In this document: positions 10,331 to 19,743 of the stretch, piece after piece
Layout: each line of letters opens with the position of its first letter
How positions within the stretch are numbered: position 1 is the first letter of the stretch
Sequence record: SRR20825019_1943
DNA length: 59,094 nt
Direction: 5' to 3' (one strand)
Notes under the pieces: generated by a model
What the model was told of the DNA's origin: nothing
The model's database searches: none
The model's input: the letters and a program-made list of their open reading frames with translations, nothing else
Program-made: the position numbers and the translations under genes

Positions 10331-11584
10331 TTACTTTGCTTTATTTTCCGACGGTTTCTCCGACAACATCAGGGAGACCAGAATCCCGAAAACCAACGCC
10401 CAGAAAGGAGAGCTGATACCAAAGAGACTGATACCGCTCATTGCAACCAGCAACGCAACCATGGCACCGATCTGATGGCCAGCTGCTTTCGAAAAAGCGT
10501 GTTGGAAAGCCGCGATCAGGACACCAATCATAGCCAGGCCCGCGACGGCGCCGATCAGCGCCTTGGGTAAGGCGAGAATAAAGGGAACGGCCGCCCCGGC
10601 AAAAAGACCGAAGGCGCAGAAAAGGACGCCATTGACCACGGTTGCACCGTAGCGTTTGGATTTGTCGTCTCCCGCCTGCTCGGACGAACAGATCGCGGTC
10701 ATTGGGCCAGCAATATTGGCGTTGTGACCACCGATTGCACCGGCAATCATGCCGCCAATACCGCTAATGGTGGTCATTGCGTTGATGGGTGGACGATAAT
10801 CCTCGGCCATCAGGACACCCATCGCCTGGGCGTTTTCCGCACCGATCACCAGGGCCGCCAATGGAATAGAAATAGCAAGCAGCCCATTCAGGGTAAAGGT
10901 CGGCATGGTCAGCTCCGGCGCGACAAAGGCAATGTTCACATCGGCCGGCTGTATGGAGCCCATCGCAAGTGCAATGCCGAAACCGACGATGGCCGCCGTC
11001 AGGACGGGTGGTACGGCCTTGGTGAGGCGGGCGGAAAGGAAGAAAGCCACGGCGGCCGAACCGGCAATCAGTGGCATGCTTTCCACTGACTGAACCGCCC
11101 CAGTGCCAAACCGGATCAACGCGCCAGCGATCATTGCCATGACAATGGGCATCGGCAGCCAGTTCATGATGCGGCCGATAACGCCGCTTACTCCGAGCAA
11201 CAGCACGATGGCGCCGCTCATGATGAAAGCCCCAACGGCCTCGGTAAAGGGAATTGTAGCCAGCGCTCCGATCATGATGGCTGCGCCGGGAATTGAGTAG
11301 GCCCCGGTGATGGGCTGGCGATAGCGAAGCGCCATGACGAGACTGATCAGCCCACCCACAAAGTAGATGGCGAGCAGCCAGGCCACGGTCTGCCCGTTAC
11401 TCAGATTACCTGCTTCGGCGGCACTGATAACGATCAACGCCGGTCCCGAACAGCCAAATAGCGCGGCCACAACCCCCGCGCTGACGGACTTGACGTTCAG
11501 GGCTTGCATCAGGCTCTTCAACCACGGAGCGGATGGATCAGCGGCAGGAGATGTATCCGGATTTTCGAGTGTTTGATTTTGCAT
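10331..11584 (-). CDS. benE: BenE family benzoate/aromatic acid:H+ symporter
   Basis: RYRQPITGAYSIPGA, GGHNANIAG, LPKALIGAVAGLAMIG, FGISSPFWALVFG; start at ATG 11584. Confidence 0.85.
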   Translation of the reverse strand: MQNQTLENPDTSPAADPSAPWLKSLMQALNVKSVSAGVVAALFGCSGPALIVISAAEAGNLSNGQTVAWLLAIYFVGGLISLVMALRYRQPITGAYSIPGAAIMIGALATIPFTEAVGAFIMSGAIVLLLGVSGVIGRIMNWLPMPIVMAMIAGALIRFGTGAVQSVESMPLIAGSAAVAFFLSARLTKAVPPVLTAAIVGFGIALAMGSIQPADVNIAFVAPELTMPTFTLNGLLAISIPLAALVIGAENAQAMGVLMAEDYRPPINAMTTISGIGGMIAGAIGGHNANIAGPMTAICSSEQAGDDKSKRYGATVVNGVLFCAFGLFAGAAVPFILALPKALIGAVAGLAMIGVLIAAFQHAFSKAAGHQIGAMVALLVAMSGISLFGISSPFWALVFGILVSLMLSEKPSENKAK

Positions 11585-11651
11585 AACCTGTCTCTCATTG
11601 TTGTTGGATGTCAGGTATTTCGATGACTGATATCGTGTACTTACATCAGGT

Positions 11652-12455
11652 TCATTTACCCCGGAATTCAGGCTTACGTTTCTCCTGAAAGGCTTCCACT
11701 CCCTCACGGAAATCCTCGGAGGAACGAAGGCGGCTGTAGCAGTGCCCCTCCATCTCAATGGCGACCGACAAGGTGGCGTCCTCATTGTCATTGATCATCC
11801 GCTTGGCCGTACGCTGTGCCAGTGGGGAGAAAAACCGCAACTCTTTCACCAGCGCATCCGTTGCCCTTTCCAGCTCATCATCGGCAACACATTCAGTCAC
11901 GAAGCCCCACTCAAGAGCCTGGGAGCCGCTGATTCGCCTGGCACGCATTACCATGTCCTTGGTGCGGGTGATGCCGATGGTTTTTTGTAGCCGGGCCGAA
12001 CCACCCGAACCGGGTATTTGCCCCAACTTCTGCTCTGGCAATGCATAAAGGGTTGTTTCCGATGCAATGCGAAAATCGCAGGCCAGGGACAGTTCGAAGC
12101 CAACCCCGAAGGTGTAGCCACGGTTAGCAGCGATCACCGGCTTGCTGCAACGAGCCGGTGCCGCAACGTTGTCTGCCAGTTTCGATACATGTTCTGGTGA
12201 AGCTTCCAGGAAGCCCCGGATATTACCGCCGCTGGAGAAATGCTCCCCAACACCGCGCAGCACGATGACCCGGACGTCCGAAAGCTCGTCCAGAGCCTCG
12301 AAGACCGAGCGCAACTCATCACGCTGGTTCATCTCTATAACGTTCAGAGGCGGGCGGTTAAGCACGATATCCGCACGTTCCCCGGCAGGATCAAGATGGA
12401 CCTCGAAGCCGTCGAAGCCCGAGGACAGGAATTCCTTCAATTCATTCTCTTTCAT
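11652..12455 (-). CDS. hmfE: Crotonase-family protein, HmfE (2-oxoglutaroyl-CoA hydrolase)
   Basis: FSSGGNIRGFLEASPEHVS, APARCSKPVIAANRGY, LPEQKLGQIPGSGGSARLQK, EGHCYSRLRSSEDFREG match HmfE as remembered; conserved gene order. Confidence 0.85.
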   Translation of the reverse strand: MKENELKEFLSSGFDGFEVHLDPAGERADIVLNRPPLNVIEMNQRDELRSVFEALDELSDVRVIVLRGVGEHFSSGGNIRGFLEASPEHVSKLADNVAAPARCSKPVIAANRGYTFGVGFELSLACDFRIASETTLYALPEQKLGQIPGSGGSARLQKTIGITRTKDMVMRARRISGSQALEWGFVTECVADDELERATDALVKELRFFSPLAQRTAKRMINDNEDATLSVAIEMEGHCYSRLRSSEDFREGVEAFQEKRKPEFRGK

Positions 12456-12475
12456 GGCAGTATGTCCTGTAATGG

Positions 12476-14005
12476 TCACTGGTTGTTGGTGGTGGAGGGC
12501 TCCTGCTCTCGCAGTACCCGACGAAGAATCTTGCCCACCGGCGACTTGGGAATTTCGTCGACGAAGACATAACGACGAGGTCGTTTGAACCGGGTCAGCT
12601 CACGCTCAATACAGTGACGGTCGAGTTCTTCCTCTTTGATCGGTGCCCGGGGTTTCACAAAAGCGGTGACGATCTTGCCCCAGCGTTCATCAGGCAGGCC
12701 TACCACCACAACTTCTTCTACCTGGGGGTGCAGGGAAAGAACGTCTTCGATCTCCACCGGGCTGACGTTCTCGCCGCCGGTGATAATCAGATCATCAACC
12801 CTCCCGGTCACAAAAAGGTCACCGTCGGCGTCGAAATAGCCAGTATCACTGGTGAAATACCAGCCCTGTTTTAGGGCCTTTTGGTCGGCATCCGGTCGTT
12901 GCCAGTAACCCTGAAAGGCTTCGTCACCGTTCATGTCGGCAATGATTTCGCCTTCCTCGCAAACGGGCATTTGCTCGTCGGGTGTGTCGGCTCCAATCCG
13001 GACGACGCGAATGCGCTGATTGAGGGAAGCACGCCCAGAGGAGCCGGGCTTTTGGCTGGCGTTCTGGTCGATGGTGAAGGTGTAGATCTCGGAACTGCCG
13101 TAGTGATTGACGAACAGACTGGGATTGAAAGCGGCCTCTACACGGGCGATCAGTCCAGCGCTCATGGGGGCGCCAGCATAGCCGAGCTTGTCAACACTCC
13201 CAACACGCCCCGGGTCGAAATCCGGATGTTCGATCAGCATGTGGTAGAGCGTTGGCACCAGGTAGAGATTACTGACCTGCTCACGCTCAATCGCATCGAG
13301 CGTTTCCTTGGGGTCAAACTTCGGTATGCATACGAATTTGCCATCAACCAACGCCATGGAGAGCAGCGAGCGCACTCCCATGGTGTGATAGAGCGGCATG
13401 ACACCGAGCGTGCACTCATCGTGTCGATAAAGATTCTGCGCCACATGGGCCAGCGCCGCCGAACGCTCTGCCCGGTGCACCCGGGGCACGCCCTTGGGTT
13501 TGCCACTGGTGCCCGAGGTATAGAGCATCAGCGAAAGATCCTCTGCCGTGGCCCGCAGTATGGTGTCACCCCGGGTGCCCAGAAGACTGTTGAAGTCATG
13601 GGCGTCCGGGTCCTTGATCTGGCCAGAGGTAATGCGCACAAGAGACCGGGCAGACGAGCAGTTTTGCACCGCTTCGCTGGCGGATTCGTCGTAGGCGACA
13701 ACACGTGCCTCGGTATCGGTGATCAAGAATTCAAGATCCTGGGCGGTCGAACGCCAATTTACCGGAGTCACAATGATACCGGCGAACTGGCATGCCCAGT
13801 GCAGCGTCGCCATCTGCCAGCGGTTCTGCATGATGACCAGCAGGCGGTCTCCTTTACTCAGACCAAACCCTTCGAGGCATCGGGCGACGCTCTGGATGTC
13901 CTGGAACCAGGTCTCATAGCTTTTGCGCAGGGTTCCGTCCGCAATCGCTGTCGCCTGGGGGCGGCGCTCCACAGACGCAAGAAAACTTCGACCAAGATCA
14001 AACAT
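12476..14005 (-). CDS. hmfD: 2-furoate--CoA ligase HmfD
   Basis: MFDLGRSFLASVER, QNRWQMATLHWACQ, YTSGTSGKPKG (AMP-binding), AALAHVAQNLY, MPLYHTMGVRSLL, VNHYGSSEIYTF; RBS caggag. Confidence 0.87.
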   Translation of the reverse strand: MFDLGRSFLASVERRPQATAIADGTLRKSYETWFQDIQSVARCLEGFGLSKGDRLLVIMQNRWQMATLHWACQFAGIIVTPVNWRSTAQDLEFLITDTEARVVAYDESASEAVQNCSSARSLVRITSGQIKDPDAHDFNSLLGTRGDTILRATAEDLSLMLYTSGTSGKPKGVPRVHRAERSAALAHVAQNLYRHDECTLGVMPLYHTMGVRSLLSMALVDGKFVCIPKFDPKETLDAIEREQVSNLYLVPTLYHMLIEHPDFDPGRVGSVDKLGYAGAPMSAGLIARVEAAFNPSLFVNHYGSSEIYTFTIDQNASQKPGSSGRASLNQRIRVVRIGADTPDEQMPVCEEGEIIADMNGDEAFQGYWQRPDADQKALKQGWYFTSDTGYFDADGDLFVTGRVDDLIITGGENVSPVEIEDVLSLHPQVEEVVVVGLPDERWGKIVTAFVKPRAPIKEEELDRHCIERELTRFKRPRRYVFVDEIPKSPVGKILRRVLREQEPSTTNNQ

Positions 14006-14531
14006 TATTGTTCTCCTGTTCTTTGTCGGTTGGTCCTGAAACCTCGTGATCACGCGTTTCGGCGACCTCAAGGATGGCGTTGACGATGCCCGTGTAGCCT
14101 GTGCAACGACACAGGTGCCCCGATAACATGTCGCGGACCTGCGTCTCGGTGGGTCTCGATACCCGGGTCAGGAACTCGGTACTGGATATCAGGATGCCCG
14201 CGGTACAGAAGCCGCATTGCAGGGCATGGTGTTTGCGAAACGCCTGCTGGAGATCATTCAGCGTCTCTTCGCGGGCGAGCGACTCGACCGTCTGCAAATC
14301 CCTGCCCTGAGCCTGTACCGCCAGCATCAGACAGGAACGGCTGGCCCGACCGTCGACCAGTACCGTGCAGGCACCGCATACACCGTGCTCACAGCCCACC
14401 CGCGTGCCGGTGGCGCCCAGTTCGTGGCGCAGGAAATCACTGAGCAGTGTGCGCGGCTCTGCATAACCGGCGCGTTCCCGGCCATTGAGAGTGACAGTGA
14501 CACGGTGCCGTGTATCAGCCTTGAGGTGCAT
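13998..14531 (-). CDS. hmfC: 2-furoyl-CoA dehydrogenase 2Fe-2S subunit HmfC
   Basis: GCEHGVCGACTV, SCL, LQCGFCTAG, GHLCRCTGY (CoxS-type); start at 14531 or 14540. Confidence 0.85.
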   Translation of the reverse strand: MHLKADTRHRVTVTLNGRERAGYAEPRTLLSDFLRHELGATGTRVGCEHGVCGACTVLVDGRASRSCLMLAVQAQGRDLQTVESLAREETLNDLQQAFRKHHALQCGFCTAGILISSTEFLTRVSRPTETQVRDMLSGHLCRCTGYTGIVNAILEVAETRDHEVSGPTDKEQENNNV

Positions 14532-15360
14532 GGGTGTCATCCTTCTGAGCGGAACATTCATCTATCAGGCGAGAACCCAGCTCACGTACCAGATGGCGAC
14601 GATAGACAGCCGAGGCGTGGGCGTCGTCCTGAGCATTGAGGGACCAGGCAAAGTGATTGAGCCATGACGCCCGGGCATCATTACCGGTCATGCTTCGACG
14701 AACCGGCCGGTCGGCAACACCGCCGACCGTCAGGTCAGTTCTGTCCTCGCAAATCCTGACAGCCAGGGCAACAATGGCGAAGTCACCATGGCGCATTGAG
14801 ACCTCGCGGAAGCGGTAACGTTCGTTACCCTGGCCGAGTGGAAAACGCACTTCCGTAATCAGTTCGTCCGGGCGTTTTGCCGTGGTCAGAATCCCCTGAA
14901 AAAATTCGTGAGCGGGTAATTTTCGGGTTTTGCCCTTACGGGCTTCCAGAACGACCTCGCCTCCGAGAGCGGTCAGACACAAGGGCAGTTCGGCACTGGG
15001 GTCGGCATGAGCAATCGACCCGCACACAGTCCCGCGATTGCGCGTCTGGGCATGACCAATCCAGGGCATGGCCTGGGCGAGAAGCGGCACCTTTTCGGCA
15101 AGACCGGGATGCTCCAGCAGTTCTGCCTGGGTAATACCAGCACCGACTGCGAGATAATCCCCGCGATCCTCGATGTAATGCAGGTCCTGAATCCCGGCAA
15201 TGTCGATCAAAAGCCCGGGCTGGGCAAACCGCATGTTCAGCACCGCCATCAGTGACTGGCCACCGGCGATAAGCCGTGCATCATCACCAAACTCGTGCAA
15301 GAGGTCACAGGCCTCCCGCCGGGTGCCGGGCCGGGTATAATCAAAAGCGGCCGGTTTCAT
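14515..15360 (-). CDS. hmfB: 2-furoyl-CoA dehydrogenase FAD subunit HmfB
   Basis: MKPAAFDY, AGGQSL, RNRGTVCGSIAHADPSAE, RHGDFA (CoxM-type); ATGA overlap with the hmfA stop. Confidence 0.85.
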   Translation of the reverse strand: MKPAAFDYTRPGTRREACDLLHEFGDDARLIAGGQSLMAVLNMRFAQPGLLIDIAGIQDLHYIEDRGDYLAVGAGITQAELLEHPGLAEKVPLLAQAMPWIGHAQTRNRGTVCGSIAHADPSAELPLCLTALGGEVVLEARKGKTRKLPAHEFFQGILTTAKRPDELITEVRFPLGQGNERYRFREVSMRHGDFAIVALAVRICEDRTDLTVGGVADRPVRRSMTGNDARASWLNHFAWSLNAQDDAHASAVYRRHLVRELGSRLIDECSAQKDDTHAPQG

Positions 15361-18359
15361 GACGGTCCTCCTTTCCCAGTAAGCAGTGCCCGGATTTTCT
15401 GCCATAGCTTCTGCAGAAATAGGAACCGGGATGAACCGCCACCCATCAGACGGGAGAACCGCGAGAACACCTGGCCAATGATCATTTTTGACGCACTCTG
15501 CAACATGCGGCCGCCAACCGAAGCGATCCTGCCCCCGACTGTTGCCTCGTAGTCGTAGTCCAGCCGCGTCCGATTGCCTTCGAGCGCTGTCAGGGTGACG
15601 GTAGCGAATGCTTCCGCCGAGCCCATGGCACTGCTGCCGGAGCCACGCAGTTGAAGGCTGTCCGGAGGGTTCAGGTCGTGAAGGCTGACCCGGGCATCAA
15701 AACGGGCACGTATCATACCCACACCAACCGTGACATCGGCCCGGTATTCGTTTTCTCCAGTCATCTCCAGGCCGTGACATCCGGGGATGATGGCAGCCAG
15801 TGTTTGCGGATCCAGGAGAGCATCGAAAACCTCACGGGGGGTGCCGGGCAGTTCGACTGAATCCCTGGCCCTGAGTCTAGAGCCGCTGCCAGGGGTAGCT
15901 TCGATTTTTGGCTCACCCACACCTTCCGGACGGGGCGGCTCTTCGATGCCCATAAGTGTGCGTACTTTCGATGGCGTCAGAGGAAGCTCGACATCGCTGG
16001 TCCCGAGCGCATCGGCAACGGCATTGGCGATGCAAACCGGTGTGCTCATGTTATTCCCCTCGCCAACGCCTTTGGCGCCGAGAGGCGTAAAAGGAGACGG
16101 TGTCTCCATGTGGAGGATAACCGGCTCCGGGACCTCAACACTGGTGGGGATCAGGTAATCGGCAAGTGTACCCGACTGGAAGTTACCATCAGCGCCATAA
16201 ACAAACTCTTCCATCAAGGCAGCGCCCAGAGCCTGGGCAAAGCCGCCGCGAATCTGGCCATCCACCAGTTGTGGGTTGAGCATGCGGCCAGCGTCATGAA
16301 GGGTCACATAACGATCTATGCGGACGGCACCAGTGATGGCATCAATCTCTACCCCGCAATAATCAAAAATGAAGCCATAACACAGGGAACTGTTGATCAA
16401 CTCATCGTCACCGGGAGCCGCCAGTTCCGGAGGAGTCCAGAACGCCGTTTCCCGAAGGCCACCCGGCTCGCTTTGGGGTGTTGTTCCCGGAGACCAGTGA
16501 GTGGCGCCTGCCAGGCGGTGGAAAGAAGACGACTGGTCCGTACCCTCCACATAAACCCGGCCCTCCGAGAACCGGATATCGTCGCTATCGATATTCCATT
16601 GCTCCGCGGCAAGGGCGGCTAGTCGAGCACGGACCTTTAGGGCCGCCTTGTAGACAGCCCCGGCTACGGCGCCGGAAAATCGGCTGGAGTAATTGCCGGA
16701 TGCAATCGACCAGGCGTCTTTACCGGTGTCCAGTTCCACGTTGACGCTGATGGATTCCAGTGGAACACCCAGCGTTTCTGCCACGATCTGTGCAGCGACG
16801 GTTTGATGGCCCTGCCCCTGGGGAGTGGACGAAACATGCACGCTGACACTGCCAAGCGGATCGACACTAATCGTTGCCGTGCTGACGGCACCATTCTTGG
16901 GGCCTGCCCGTTTACGTTCCTCGGGAGTGAACGCCATGGTGATATAACCCATGTTCGAGATGGACGGCTCGACAGCGGCCGTGTAACCGATCCCGTAGTA
17001 ACGCCCCTCACGCCTTGCCTCATCACGCCGCTGGATGAGTTCTTCCAGGCCCCCTTCCCTGACGCCTTTTTCCAGGCCTGCCGGGTAATCCCCGGAATCC
17101 AGTAGTGAACCGGCTGCCGAGCGATAAGGGAACGCGCCTTTGGGGACGAGGTTGGTACGAATGACGTCCAGTGGGTCCAGATCTAGCTCAACGGCAATAC
17201 GCTGCATCAGCCGTTCCAGCGGAAAATACACCTGCGGCCCACCGAACCCGCGGTTGAGCCCGGTCGGCGTTTTGTTGGTCATCACAATTCGGTTGCGCAC
17301 GGCAAGGTTGCGAATGGCATAAGCGCCGGTCAGATTGCCATGCATCCGGTAGGTGGTAGCCGGTTCCGGCGCTCGCAGGTAGGCGCCGCAATCATCTAGC
17401 TGGTCCAGACGCAGGGCCGTTACCCGGCCCTCTCGCGTTACCGCGGCTTCGAGCGTACTGACCCGGTTGGTTCCCGAAGAGGCGCCCTGAAGGTGTTCCA
17501 GACGGTCCTCAACCCACTTGACCGGCGCGCCGACTTTGCGCGCGGCCAGGCCCATCATGACGACATACGGGAAAACGCCCTGTTTGATGCCAAAGCTGCC
17601 GCCTGAGTCCGGCGGGGTGCGAAGTCGAAGACGATTCGCGGGTACTTGAAGAGCCCGGCACATGACCGAGTGAAGCGCATAAGGCCCCTGAAAGTTGGAC
17701 GTTATATCAAAAGCAGCGTTGGCCGGATCGAATTGAGCAAGCACCACGTAGCACTCGATCGGCATGCAGGAACTGCGAGGGAAACGAACCTTGATCGAGA
17801 CCTGTCGGTCGGCCTCGGCAAACGCAGTCTCGGGATCGCCATAACGGAATGTGCGGTCGCTGACGACATTTCCGCCAACCTTCTCGTGAAGGACGGCAGC
17901 GTTTGACTCAATGGCAAGCTCGGTGTCGACAGCCACCGGAAGCGTTTCATAGTCAACCGTCACTCCGTTTAGAGCATCTTCAGCCAGATATCGATTTTCA
18001 GCGATAACCACGGCAACTGGCTCACCAACATAACGCACCTTGTCCACAGCCAGACACCAGTGCTCCATGGGCTGACGCACGCCCACCGGGAATGGCAAAG
18101 CCCACTGGCGGACATCTTCACCGGTCAGTACACCATGAACCCCATCCATTTCCAGCGCCCGGGACGAATCCACGGCTTTGAGCCGGGCATGGGGATGAGG
18201 CGAGCGCACAATGGCGGCGTATAAGGTTCCCGGTGGGGTCGGCACTTCATCGCCATAGCGCCCCTGGCCACGCAAGAGGACCTCGTCTTCGATCCGCGCC
18301 TGGCGTGTACCGATATACTGCTTTTCATTTGTTGTTGTCATTGACGGAGCCAAACTCAT
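15357..18359 (-). CDS. hmfA: 2-furoyl-CoA dehydrogenase molybdopterin subunit HmfA with C-terminal CoxG/SRPBCC domain
   Basis: Xanthine-oxidase-family large subunit (GGSFGIK, NRGFGGPQ, QGQGHQT, GQIRGGFAQALG, GAKGVGEG); about 170-aa C-terminal CoxG-like region (LLDPQTLAAIIPGC, VGGRIASVGGRML); RBS gagga. Confidence 0.87.
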   Translation of the reverse strand: MSLAPSMTTTNEKQYIGTRQARIEDEVLLRGQGRYGDEVPTPPGTLYAAIVRSPHPHARLKAVDSSRALEMDGVHGVLTGEDVRQWALPFPVGVRQPMEHWCLAVDKVRYVGEPVAVVIAENRYLAEDALNGVTVDYETLPVAVDTELAIESNAAVLHEKVGGNVVSDRTFRYGDPETAFAEADRQVSIKVRFPRSSCMPIECYVVLAQFDPANAAFDITSNFQGPYALHSVMCRALQVPANRLRLRTPPDSGGSFGIKQGVFPYVVMMGLAARKVGAPVKWVEDRLEHLQGASSGTNRVSTLEAAVTREGRVTALRLDQLDDCGAYLRAPEPATTYRMHGNLTGAYAIRNLAVRNRIVMTNKTPTGLNRGFGGPQVYFPLERLMQRIAVELDLDPLDVIRTNLVPKGAFPYRSAAGSLLDSGDYPAGLEKGVREGGLEELIQRRDEARREGRYYGIGYTAAVEPSISNMGYITMAFTPEERKRAGPKNGAVSTATISVDPLGSVSVHVSSTPQGQGHQTVAAQIVAETLGVPLESISVNVELDTGKDAWSIASGNYSSRFSGAVAGAVYKAALKVRARLAALAAEQWNIDSDDIRFSEGRVYVEGTDQSSSFHRLAGATHWSPGTTPQSEPGGLRETAFWTPPELAAPGDDELINSSLCYGFIFDYCGVEIDAITGAVRIDRYVTLHDAGRMLNPQLVDGQIRGGFAQALGAALMEEFVYGADGNFQSGTLADYLIPTSVEVPEPVILHMETPSPFTPLGAKGVGEGNNMSTPVCIANAVADALGTSDVELPLTPSKVRTLMGIEEPPRPEGVGEPKIEATPGSGSRLRARDSVELPGTPREVFDALLDPQTLAAIIPGCHGLEMTGENEYRADVTVGVGMIRARFDARVSLHDLNPPDSLQLRGSGSSAMGSAEAFATVTLTALEGNRTRLDYDYEATVGGRIASVGGRMLQSASKMIIGQVFSRFSRLMGGGSSRFLFLQKLWQKIRALLTGKGGPS

Positions 18360-18584
18360 ACTTTCCTCCGCGGCCGAAAATAGGGGTAATGGGCCAACTT
18401 GCAGAAAGTCTATAGAGCGGTTCCGGCAGTGTCGTTACCCCGGGAAATTGCTTATTACGCCGCCGTACGGGTTTTTACCCGAGAGTCTGATTTGCACTGA
18501 ATTCCCCGGATGTGGTGCGGACAATGAATCGAACACTGTGGGAGAATCAGGACATCCTCCTCAGTAAGGTTGTCCACAATAACC

Positions 18585-19565
18585 ATGAGATCCCTCGAAC
18601 ATCTGATCACAGACTTCATCGCTCACCGGGAAGACGGCCAACGTGTGGCGCTGGTCACCCTGATTGCCAATACCGGTTCATCGCCGCGGCCTCTGGGAAG
18701 TCAGATGGTGGTCTCCGAGGACGGCCGCTCGGTGGGCTACCTGACCGGTGGGTGTGCCGAATCCGTCATTGTTTCCGAAGCCGTTGCCGCCCTCGAAGCC
18801 CAGGCCAACCGACAGATCCGTCTGGGGGTTGGCTCTCCCTACATGGATATTCAGTTGCCCTGTGGCGCAGGGATCGACATTTATATTGACGTGACGTTGT
18901 GCGACGAAACGGCACGGCAGATCAACTCGTATCTCAGGTCCCGGACTCCCGTTGCCCTGGATACCTGTCTCGAAACCGGTAGACACCAGACGGTGATAAA
19001 CCATGACCAGCCTGTGAACAATGGCGTGTTCAGGCGCTGGTATCTGCCACGACGTCGCTTACTGATTATAGGAAAAGGGCCCAATACCGCAGCGCTCGCC
19101 AGCCTAGGCGCGGCAACGGATTATGAAGTGGACGTACTATCACCGGACCGCAAAACCCGTGAGGACTGTTATTCGGAGGGGATCGAAGCGAGCGCCCTGA
19201 CGAGCCCGGAAGTGATTGACGCGGCCCAGGTGGATGCCTGGACGGCTGCCGTCCTGCTATTCCATGAGCATGACTGGGAACCGGCTATTCTAAAGGCATT
19301 ACTGACCTCGGATTGTTTCTATATTGGCGCTTTGGGCAGTCGCAGCACCCACGAAGACCGCATCTGCCAGCTTGAAGGCCTGGGGCTCGGGAAAGAGGTA
19401 GACAGGATTCATGGCCCCGTGGGCCTGGATATCAAGGCGATGACGCCGACAGAAATTGCAATTTCCATTCTCGCTGAGATCACATTCGCCTACCGCTCGG
19501 AAAACTCTTTGCCATCACTGATGTCGCGCCGCTCATGCTCTTCACACGCTTCGTCACTCACCTGA
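18585..19565 (+). CDS. XdhC/CoxI family molybdenum-cofactor insertion chaperone (divergent from hmfA)
   Basis: GSSPRPLGSQM, GYLTGGCAE, IQLPCGAGI, FHEHDWE, FYIGALGSR, RIHGPVGL, TPTEIAISILAEI. Confidence 0.9.
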   Translation: MRSLEHLITDFIAHREDGQRVALVTLIANTGSSPRPLGSQMVVSEDGRSVGYLTGGCAESVIVSEAVAALEAQANRQIRLGVGSPYMDIQLPCGAGIDIYIDVTLCDETARQINSYLRSRTPVALDTCLETGRHQTVINHDQPVNNGVFRRWYLPRRRLLIIGKGPNTAALASLGAATDYEVDVLSPDRKTREDCYSEGIEASALTSPEVIDAAQVDAWTAAVLLFHEHDWEPAILKALLTSDCFYIGALGSRSTHEDRICQLEGLGLGKEVDRIHGPVGLDIKAMTPTEIAISILAEITFAYRSENSLPSLMSRRSCSSHASSLT

Positions 19566-19743
19566 AGAGCCAGTTCTGACGTAGGCCACCTTGTGTTATC
19601 CAGCGCAATAGCTGAAGTTACAAAACTATGCATTCGCATCGAATGCTGGAAGTTCAATGAACTTTCGCCAATTATCTATGCGAAAAGATCGTTTTTTAGG
19701 CATCTGTGCGGGCGGATTGGTCCGGGTTATCTCCCAATCACAA

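Noticed and set aside
13998-18359. Calling the Mo-enzyme CO dehydrogenase (coxMSL) or xanthine dehydrogenase
   Set aside because: Lacks the AYxCSFR / AYRGAGR CoxL motifs, and the coupled CoA ligase and crotonase match HmfD/HmfE
19629-19664. Short palindromes (gcattcg/cgaatgc and aagttca-a-tgaactt) between xdhC and lysR
   Set aside because: Lie between convergent genes; the GAACTT hexamers lack a sigmaE -10 at the right spacing; function unsupported
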